Assembly: GCA_038046605.1 (NCBI GenBank)
Contig: JBBSVW010000013.1
Span: forward strand, 1 to 36,248
Length of the DNA stretch: 36,248 bases
Source of the DNA: Candidatus Micrarchaeota archaeon
GTDB lineage: Archaea; Micrarchaeota; Micrarchaeia; Norongarragalinales; SBBD01
Direction of reading: 5' to 3'
Of this stretch, positions 8,243 through 15,788 are shown piece by piece. Within the stretch, counting starts at the first letter, position 1. Every line of letters begins with the position of its first letter. Made by a program: the position numbers and the translations under genes. The notes under the pieces are model-generated. The model searched no databases, was not told the origin of the DNA, and worked only from the letters and a program-made list of their open reading frames with translations.

Positions 8243-9025
8243 ATGGACGAGCGCATACTCCGTTTTTTCGAGCAGCAACGGATCAAGGAGGATCGCACTC
8301 TTGGCTTTGATCTCGACCATTACCATGAGGAGCGTAATTTGGGAGGGGTAATGCTTCACGGACGTTTCAATACGATTGTTCCTGGGTGGGGACCGAGAAC
8401 GGAAATAGAAGGGCTCTCAAATTGGGTAAAAATCAACCATCATATAGCAATTCCATTCAAACTCGGTCGATGGAGGATTGGCAAGAGCCCGGCACAAAAG
8501 ATTTTCGATGCACTTTTCTCCGACCCAAACTTCGAACCGGCAAGGATGGGGCATAGCGGCAATTACGAGCCGATAAGGGATGTCGGGGAAATCAAGGCAA
8601 TTAAGAAGGCTGCGCCGAGGCAAATTAAGGATGCTCCACCAGGCCAGCCCGTTGAATTCGATTTGCTGTATTTTGCAAAACGTAACCAAGAGGCAACTCA
8701 TAGGATATTGGTGGAAATTGTGCCTAAATCGAAAGAGGATGCTTTGGGAAAAGGCATGGGATGGGTAAGGCTTCGGATTGTAAGGCCGATGCCCATTGAA
8801 CCTAGAATCAAAACAATGTCCGGCGGAATAATTGGTTCAAGGAGTTCTTTTCCTATTGCTGATTACGTTAATGGCAACCAGCATAACATTGAAAGCGAAA
8901 GGCAGACCATTTCTAGAATTATTAGCCATGTCAAGGAGGCTTTGAAGAAGCATGGCATTCCGACCGAAAATGTTTGGGAAAAGGAAGTTCATTATTTTGG
9001 GAACAAGGAAGAGGCGTATACTTAG
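8243..9025 (+). CDS. Hypothetical protein (260 aa)
   Basis: ORF divergent from 5631-8177 across an AT-rich TATA-containing spacer; no motif recognised. Confidence 0.75.
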   Translation: MDERILRFFEQQRIKEDRTLGFDLDHYHEERNLGGVMLHGRFNTIVPGWGPRTEIEGLSNWVKINHHIAIPFKLGRWRIGKSPAQKIFDALFSDPNFEPARMGHSGNYEPIRDVGEIKAIKKAAPRQIKDAPPGQPVEFDLLYFAKRNQEATHRILVEIVPKSKEDALGKGMGWVRLRIVRPMPIEPRIKTMSGGIIGSRSSFPIADYVNGNQHNIESERQTISRIISHVKEALKKHGIPTENVWEKEVHYFGNKEEAYT

Positions 9026-9212
9026 TAAACCGAATACTAGCTTCTGGCTTGTTGTTAAGCCCGGTCCTCGAATATGAAATCGATGCGGTTGCCTTCCCGA
9101 TGCATTCCAAGATCCTGAGGCAACTCTAGCGTGCTATTCCAGTTCAAATACCTTTAATGGCATTAGCTTCTCTTCGATTTGCACTTGGCTTTTGATGTGA
9201 ATAAAGGATATA

Positions 9213-9226
9213 CATCAGTCCGTCCG
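9213..9226. repeat. Repeat family A, isolated left arm (14 bp)
   Basis: CATCAGTCCGTCCG identical to 2793-2806; the 12-mer core also occurs at 491-502. Confidence 0.7.
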
Positions 9227-9297
9227 TCATTCCTCATCGCGTGAGCTCGGGAAACAGATTTTCATCATCTGGAAGAATTTATTCACAAAAGTAATTA

Positions 9298-9422
9298 AAG
9301 GGGTAGAGGCGACAACAAGGAGGGTTATGCAACATCAAACCTGTTTGGATGTTAGTATAGCAAAGCTCTACGTAACCCGGCAGGGCGATCATTCTCCCTT
9401 GGGGTTGGGGGTTACTCCCTTA
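9298..9422. repeat. Structured intergenic element, possible diverged copy of repeat family B
   Basis: AAGGGGTAGAGGCGACA matches the reverse complement of 10269-10285 at 14/17; TATGC-hairpin-TTAGTAT; CTCCCTTGGGGTTGG resembles 30627-30642. Confidence 0.4.
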
Positions 9423-9485
9423 GAGGTGTCAAATACTAATGCTTAAATATCGGGTTTGAGTAGGTAGTTAAGAGGTGTATTTTGA

Positions 9486-10184
9486 ATGGCAGATATTGCA
9501 GGTACATTCAGTTCTCCGGAGGCATTCATGCAGGGAATCACAGATGTGATCTGGAACTTTGTTGGGATGATGATCAATTTCATACCCAATCTCATCATGG
9601 CGGCAATCATCTTCGTGATTGGCTACCTGATTGCAATCGTGCTATCCAATGTCCTAAAGAAGGCGCTGGAGGCGGTGAAGTTTGAAAAATTGCTATCGCA
9701 GCACAAGATGGAGGATGCGCTATGGGGGGTCAAGATATCGCCCATATTCGTCAGGGTGTTCAAGTTCTACATCCTGCTAATCTTCCTCCAGGCGGCGGTT
9801 TCAAAATTGCAGCTTGGGACATTGACGGAATTCATCAACACGGTATTGCTTTACGCTCCGGCATACGTTGGCGCGTTTGTAATGCTTGTGATTGCGGCAA
9901 TGGTTGGCGAACTGGTGAAGGAAACCATCAAGGGAGTTGACGGAAAGTCGCGCTGGGTGGTTTTCATCGCTAGGGGCATGAAGTTTGTTGTGGTGTTCTT
10001 TGGGCTTGTTATGGGCCTAGGAGCAGTTGGCTTTAGGACTAGCCTTCTTGAGAACACATTCATAACAATCCTTCAAGCGTTCGCATACGGCATTGCGCTT
10101 GCAATTGGAATCGCTTTTGGGCTTGGCGGCCAGGAGGAGGCAAAGGCGATCGTTTCGGATGTGAAGAAGAAGGTCAATAAGTAA
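9486..10184 (+). CDS. CmpX-like / MscS-related TM-helix repeat membrane protein
   Basis: Repeated IPNLIMAAIIFVIG / YAPAYVGAFVML helices; C-terminal GIALAIGIAFGLGGQE; GAGGTG RBS. Confidence 0.8.
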   Translation: MADIAGTFSSPEAFMQGITDVIWNFVGMMINFIPNLIMAAIIFVIGYLIAIVLSNVLKKALEAVKFEKLLSQHKMEDALWGVKISPIFVRVFKFYILLIFLQAAVSKLQLGTLTEFINTVLLYAPAYVGAFVMLVIAAMVGELVKETIKGVDGKSRWVVFIARGMKFVVVFFGLVMGLGAVGFRTSLLENTFITILQAFAYGIALAIGIAFGLGGQEEAKAIVSDVKKKVNK

Positions 10185-10185
10185 C

Positions 10186-10285
10186 ACCCCTGGGGGGCTA
10201 AGCCCCCTATGCACCAGAAACTTCGGGTTTCTGGGCATGCTAAGAACCTTAGGGGTTCTGACGCATCGTGTTGCCTGTGCCCCCT
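10186..10285 (+). repeat. Repeat family B, copy 1: triple-palindrome element
   Basis: GGGGGC-TAA-GCCCCC; CCAGAAAC-N5-GTTTCTGG (10214-10234); AGAACC-N5-GGTTCT (10243-10259); inverted copy at 30535-30641. Confidence 0.92.
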
Positions 10286-10611
10286 TATTTTGTTTGCGAA
10301 TTTGGGGCGGCGACCTTTTCCCTTCTTTTTTCTTTTTATTTTATTTTTTTGGTATGGATTATGATTTTTACCCATTGGCCTGCTTTTTCCACATTGTTCA
10401 TTTAGAGGGGGAACGAGCGATCGGCTCAAGGGGGGATGCGTCCCCCGTCGCCGATTAAGGAAGCTTTATATATTTTTGCGGCATTAACTGTTTTACCTTC
10501 GAGTGCAATCATTTGGCTATTACGCTTGTTTATTTTTACCTATGGAGCGCTGCACATTTACATTCGGCAATTTTCGCATTCTTTCATGATTAACTATAAA
10601 AGGGCGATGCT

Positions 10612-11238
10612 ATGTCTGATGAGGAAAAGAAGATTTTCAAGGGGACCACAACTGTTGGCGTTAGCTTTAATGGCGGAGTGGTTGTTGCTGCCGATAAGCG
10701 CGCAACTTTTGGCTCGTTCATAGCCTCAAAGGATGTTGAGAAGATCACGATGATTGATGACCGCATGGCAATGACCATTGCGGGCGGAGTTGGGGATGCG
10801 CAGGCACTTGTGCGTTTCATCAAGGCGGAAGTCGACTTATACAAATACACAAATGGCCAGAATATGACGGTGCAGGGCGCGGCAACCCTTCTTGCAAACA
10901 TTCTCCAGGGGAACAAATACTTCCCATACCTGGTGCAGTTAATCATTGCCGGAGTCGATGAAAAGCCCCGCATATTTGATTTGGACCCTTTCGGAGGCCT
11001 TATGGAGGAAAAATACGTCTCAACGGGCTCGGGAAGCGTTGTTGCCTACGGGATTTTGGATGATATGTTCAAGGATGGCCTGACCGAAAATGAGGCAATA
11101 AAGATTGCGGCAAAGGCTGTTGCTGCTGCAATGAAGCGCGATAGCGCAACTGGCGAAGGGATCGATCTCATCTCGATTACCAGCGACAAGGTTAAGCGCC
11201 TGACAAAGGATCAGGTACTGACCGTTTTGAATGGTTGA
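10612..11238 (+). CDS. psmB: Proteasome subunit beta
   Basis: Propeptide followed by G|TTTVG, AADKRAT, AGGVGDAQ, STGSGS, KRDSATG. Confidence 0.97.
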   Translation: MSDEEKKIFKGTTTVGVSFNGGVVVAADKRATFGSFIASKDVEKITMIDDRMAMTIAGGVGDAQALVRFIKAEVDLYKYTNGQNMTVQGAATLLANILQGNKYFPYLVQLIIAGVDEKPRIFDLDPFGGLMEEKYVSTGSGSVVAYGILDDMFKDGLTENEAIKIAAKAVAAAMKRDSATGEGIDLISITSDKVKRLTKDQVLTVLNG

Positions 11239-11353
11239 AATGCAAATTGAACAAAGGGGAATTTTCGTATTTTATTTGAATAAGCGAGGTTAGCTTAGGC
11301 TACCCCCTTGCAAAATAATATCTTTGAATCCACATTTTGAGGTAAAAACAATT

Positions 11354-14300
11354 ATGGCTATAAGCAATCACCTAAAGGAACTGCAATTAAAGGTCGAGGA
11401 GGTGCTCCCAAAGGAGTGCGACCTAACCAAGATTGAAATAGAAGGGCCGCAGGTGGTCCTATATTTGAAGAACATGCGTGCATTCACAAACGATGAGAAT
11501 TTGATCACAAGGATTGCCTCGCACATCAGGAAAAAGGTCCTCCTAAGGAGCGATTCATCTGTTTTGATGTCTCCGGAAAAGGCAATGGAAGTGCTAAAGC
11601 AGCTTATTCCAAAGGAGGCGGGCGTAATGGATATCAGGTTCGATGCAACGTTTAATGAGGTAAATATCGAGGCGATGAAGCCGGGAGTCGTAATTGGGAA
11701 GAATGGATCCGTGTTAAAGAGCATTATTTTGGAAACCGCCTGGAGCCCTAAAGTTCTCCGCGCGCCCACATCCCCATCCGAAGTTGAAAAGGCAATACGC
11801 GCAGCCCTGCTAAATAACGCCGAGGACCGCAAAAAATTCCTCAATACCCTTGGGAAGAAGATGATGCAGGATGAGGCAAATCCGGAGTGGGTAAAAATCA
11901 CCGCCCTTGGGGGCTTTAAGGAAGTTGGAAGGAGCTGCATCCTATTGCAGACGAACAATAGCAATATCCTTCTTGATGTGGGGCTCAACGTAGACACTTC
12001 GGATAGCTCAAAATCCTACCCATACCTGAATGCCATGGGCCTTCAATTGGATCAGATTGATGCGGTTATCATTTCACATGCCCATCTCGACCACCAGGGA
12101 TTCTTGCCTTACCTTTATGCCTACGGGTATGAAGGGCCAACCTATTGCACGCCGCCAACAAGGGATTTGATGGTGCTTCTGCAGCAGGATTGTGTCAATG
12201 TCATTGCAAAGGAAGGAAGGACCCCGCCCTATACGGAAAAGGACATTAAGAAAATGCTAAATCATGTGATCGTGCGAAAATTTGGGGAGGTAACTGATAT
12301 CACTCCCAAGGTTCGATTCACATTCCATAATGCGGGCCATATTCTTGGAAGCGCCATGGTGCACTTGCATATTGGCGATGGTTTGCACAATCTCGTTTAT
12401 TCACTCGACTGGAAGACTCCGGTAACAGTAATAGATCCGCAAGATAATTTAAAGATCGTCGAAATAGGCAAGCTTTCCGACGAATTGATGGAAAAGAATG
12501 GATTTGAGGGGGATTACGTAGAACGATTGCAAAACCCGGGTGGATGGAGGACTATTGCATTCGACCCGCAAACCTATCAGCCAAAGGTAGTTCCCATTAC
12601 TTCTTTCATGAGGCATCCAATCAACGAAGCACTTTTTGAAATCACTACGAAGACTGGCCGGAAGGCGGTTGTGACTGCATCCCACAGCGTCTTTGCAGCT
12701 AAGGATGGGAAAATCGAGGCTGCAAAAGTTAAGGAGTTAAAAGTAGGGGATAGCATCATCGCACTTTCAAATGCTTCGGGGTTGCATGTTAAAGAGCCAA
12801 TAGTTGAATTGAACGAGACTGAATTCAATGTTTATTATAATAATAAATCAAAGTTGAATAGGCGCATTGGAGAGCTCGAAATCCAAGCCAAGTCATCCTT
12901 CCAAAATTGGGAGGAAGTAATGGTTTGGGTAAAGGACAGATATGAGAAAGGGCTTTATAAAAGCGAAATCGCAAAGCAGAGGCATTGCAAAGTTGCCCGC
13001 GTATCCTTAGCTTTTGCAAAATTAGGCATCCCTCAGCCGCCAAGAGTTGCCGCTATCCTTCCACAGGAATTCGAGGTTACTTCCGAATTTTCAAAATTCC
13101 TTGGATATTTTGCTTCCGAAGGAAGCACTAATGGAAATTCGGTTGTGATAACTAATGACGACCAAAAGGTGTTAGATTTCTGCGAAGGGGCAATAGCGCC
13201 TTTGTTCAATTGCGGCATTTCGAAGTTGGATGGGGAAACTCGCTTTCACTCAAAATCTTTGAAGAAATTAATCACGGTGCTTGGCGGCATGGGCACCGCG
13301 CATACCAAACGAGTGCCAGCAACTATCCTCTCTGCGCCGGATAAGGTAAAATCCGCATTTTTGGAAGGCTATTTCGACGGCGATGGCTGCTTTAGCATAA
13401 GATCAAGCGGCCAATCCATAAGCTGCACTTCAAAGAACAAATGGTTAATTGAAGACGTTGGCTACATGCTTCTTAGCCTTGGAATGCCTGCAACTTACCA
13501 GTTTAACAAAACCAACACGATGCATACCCTTTCCATTTACGGCCGCGAGGCAATGAATAAATTCGTCGAGAAAATAAAGGTTGGGAATTGGGAAAACGCC
13601 TTGCATGCCATACCCCAAATAGGCTCAAAAAGTGCATTTTGGGGGAAAGTGCCTATTGTTTCACTTTCCCAAGATACGCAGGCACAGCTTAGGCATACTT
13701 CTTACAGAGCGGCGAGGAGCATAGGATTAAGCAGGCCGGAATTGCAGGTTGCAACATTTCTTGAAAAACAAATGCTTGCTGCACCTTTCTTGTTCGAAGA
13801 AATCACATCTATAAAGGAAGTGGAATCCTCTTCGAAATATGTTTATGATTTCTCAGTTGAAGGATATGAGAATTTCCTAGGTGGATTTGGGGGACTTTTC
13901 CTTCACAATACCGGCGACATCAAATTCGGAAGGACGAACCTTTTTGATCCGGCGGATATCAGGTTCCCGCGCGTGGATACAATCATGATGGAAAGCACTT
14001 ATGGGGGGCCCATGGATGCAAAGCCAAGGCTTGAGGAAAGCGAGCAGAAACTGGTGAATGCGATCCGTGAAACAATTGCAAACCGCGGGAAGGTTTTGAT
14101 TCCGGTATTGGCCGTTGGAAGGGCGCAGGAAGTCATGCTCATAATGGAAAAATACATGCGCAACGAGGATGTGCCAATTTACATCGACGGGATGGTTAGG
14201 GAAGCTTCCGCAATCCATACGGTTTATCCGGAGTATTTGCGCAGGGATGTGCAAAGGAGGATTTTGCAGAATGATTCACCCTTTGATAAGCCAATGTTTC

Positions 14301-14758
14301 GAAGCGCAATTGGAATGGATAGGCAAAGCATCGTCGAATCCGATGATCCGGCGATAATAATTGCAACATCGGGAATGCTTTCAGGCGGGCCATCGGTGGA
14401 ATTCCTTAAAATGATGGCTCCAGACCCTAAGAATTCATTGATATTCGTAGGATACCAAGCCCCGCTTAGCCTGGGGAGAAAACTTTTAAACGGCGATAAG
14501 GAAGTGCCAATACTAAAAAACAATAAATTGGATAAGCTTATTGTCAACTTGAAGGTCGCAAATGTGGATGGGTTTTCGGGGCACTCGGACCGCACGCAAT
14601 TGATCAACTTCGCGCGCGCAATCAAGCCCCGCCCCTCGAAATTCTTCATGCTTCATGGGGAGGAGAGCAAGTGCGAGGATCTTGCAAGAACCATTGGGAA
14701 GATGCTGCATGTTGAAAGCCGCGCCCCGCAGGTGCTTGATTCGATGAGATTGAAGTGA
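11354..14758 (+). CDS. fttA: Beta-CASP ribonuclease aCPSF1 / transcription termination factor FttA, intein-containing
   Basis: N-terminal KH domains, LGGFKEVGRS, SHAHLDH, NAGHILGS, MESTYG, FSGHSD, HGE; GAGGT RBS favours ATG 11354; 631 aa after intein removal; follows psmB. Confidence 0.96.
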   Translation: MAISNHLKELQLKVEEVLPKECDLTKIEIEGPQVVLYLKNMRAFTNDENLITRIASHIRKKVLLRSDSSVLMSPEKAMEVLKQLIPKEAGVMDIRFDATFNEVNIEAMKPGVVIGKNGSVLKSIILETAWSPKVLRAPTSPSEVEKAIRAALLNNAEDRKKFLNTLGKKMMQDEANPEWVKITALGGFKEVGRSCILLQTNNSNILLDVGLNVDTSDSSKSYPYLNAMGLQLDQIDAVIISHAHLDHQGFLPYLYAYGYEGPTYCTPPTRDLMVLLQQDCVNVIAKEGRTPPYTEKDIKKMLNHVIVRKFGEVTDITPKVRFTFHNAGHILGSAMVHLHIGDGLHNLVYSLDWKTPVTVIDPQDNLKIVEIGKLSDELMEKNGFEGDYVERLQNPGGWRTIAFDPQTYQPKVVPITSFMRHPINEALFEITTKTGRKAVVTASHSVFAAKDGKIEAAKVKELKVGDSIIALSNASGLHVKEPIVELNETEFNVYYNNKSKLNRRIGELEIQAKSSFQNWEEVMVWVKDRYEKGLYKSEIAKQRHCKVARVSLAFAKLGIPQPPRVAAILPQEFEVTSEFSKFLGYFASEGSTNGNSVVITNDDQKVLDFCEGAIAPLFNCGISKLDGETRFHSKSLKKLITVLGGMGTAHTKRVPATILSAPDKVKSAFLEGYFDGDGCFSIRSSGQSISCTSKNKWLIEDVGYMLLSLGMPATYQFNKTNTMHTLSIYGREAMNKFVEKIKVGNWENALHAIPQIGSKSAFWGKVPIVSLSQDTQAQLRHTSYRAARSIGLSRPELQVATFLEKQMLAAPFLFEEITSIKEVESSSKYVYDFSVEGYENFLGGFGGLFLHNTGDIKFGRTNLFDPADIRFPRVDTIMMESTYGGPMDAKPRLEESEQKLVNAIRETIANRGKVLIPVLAVGRAQEVMLIMEKYMRNEDVPIYIDGMVREASAIHTVYPEYLRRDVQRRILQNDSPFDKPMFRSAIGMDRQSIVESDDPAIIIATSGMLSGGPSVEFLKMMAPDPKNSLIFVGYQAPLSLGRKLLNGDKEVPILKNNKLDKLIVNLKVANVDGFSGHSDRTQLINFARAIKPRPSKFFMLHGEESKCEDLARTIGKMLHVESRAPQVLDSMRLK
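12401..13909 (+). mobile_element. Intein (503 aa) with LAGLIDADG homing endonuclease
   Basis: Interrupts HNLVY|TGDIKF; starts SLDWKTP; block B VTASHSVF; FLGYFASEG and FLEGYFDGDG; block F VYDFSV; ends LHN before Thr. Confidence 0.95.
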
Positions 14759-14776
14759 TTCGTGTAAGCTGTTGTT

Positions 14777-15244
14777 TTATTTTTTGTATCTAGAATGAGC
14801 ATCTACGTGAGGATATGCCGTTAAGACTGCTTGGACGAAATCGCCACTAATTCTGACAACAGCAGGATCGCTGCGCCGCCTTCCTTTGGCTTTACCCAAT
14901 GGCTCATCATAATGAGTAGTGGTTTTATATTCGGGCAACCCACCATGGCTAGAAGCATATAGTTGAACATCTCCAGGAATTACCTCCAAGATGCCCTTCT
15001 TTACAAGGCTTTCAATAATTCCGTGATCGAATCTCTCCTTCTCGGATACTGCCGGAAAAGGCAGGATTGGCGTCTTCCCATATGATCTTTCGGGGATAAC
15101 TGGTGGCGCTTTACTGAATTCCTTATCGCCCCTCACACCCAATGGCACATTTAGTTCGCCTTTTTCCAAAATTCGTTCAATCATTTGATGCTGGTAAATG
15201 GTCAATTCCTTTGGACTGAATGCTTTTATGCCACGTTCTGCCAT
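14777..15244 (-). CDS. Hypothetical protein
   Basis: ORF; GGTGGT RBS-like sequence before ATG 15244; no motif recognised. Confidence 0.65.
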   Translation of the reverse strand: MAERGIKAFSPKELTIYQHQMIERILEKGELNVPLGVRGDKEFSKAPPVIPERSYGKTPILPFPAVSEKERFDHGIIESLVKKGILEVIPGDVQLYASSHGGLPEYKTTTHYDEPLGKAKGRRRSDPAVVRISGDFVQAVLTAYPHVDAHSRYKK

Positions 15245-15425
15245 ATTACCACCCAAAATAATATTATTTGAAAATGGCGCCAACAATTAATAAATAGTAG
15301 CTAAGATGAAAAATGCCAAAACGGTTTTCTCCCTCGTATTTAGCTCGTAAACAGCGATAGCCTTATAAACCAACCCTCCCTCGTAAATGCGTCTGTTTTT
15401 ATTGAGGGGAAAAGGGGTGACAAGC

Positions 15426-15578
15426 ATGGTACGAAAAGCGTTCGGAGGCATGAAGATCGGCTTCAAGGGCTCTGACGACTCTTTGGAGGATGTGTTCGGC
15501 GGCACGCCAATTTCACCTTCAGAGATGACAAAGAAGCTCTGGGTCTACATCAAGAAGAAAGGGCTAATGAAGATGTAA
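15426..15578 (+). CDS. Small (50 aa) SWIB/MDM2-like protein
   Basis: GGGGTGA RBS; LEDVFGGTPISPSEMTKKLWVYIKKKGL matches the first half of the SWIB domain pattern; T-rich tract downstream. Confidence 0.7.
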   Translation: MVRKAFGGMKIGFKGSDDSLEDVFGGTPISPSEMTKKLWVYIKKKGLMKM

Positions 15579-15788
15579 GTGCTTTAATGCAAGGCACCCA
15601 TTGTCTTTTTCCTTTTTTTCCATTTTATTTTTTTTTAAATAATAGCAAAAATATTCTTTTCTAATTGTAGCAAGGGGCATATTATTCCAACTTAAACTCT
15701 CCACCAGCACTGTTTTTCCTTTAATCAGGCAGCACATTTGCTGGTTAATCTTATAAAGCGCAAAGCCCAATCCTATCTTGATAGCATT

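Noticed and set aside
9030-9200. Possible minus-strand pseudogene fragment (RYLNWNSTLELPQDLG...)
   Set aside because: Short, no start or recognisable family.
10186-10285. Element B as origin recognition boxes or SECIS
   Set aside because: Lacks the TCCA..GAAA ORB core and no cdc6 is nearby; adjacent genes have no in-frame TGA.
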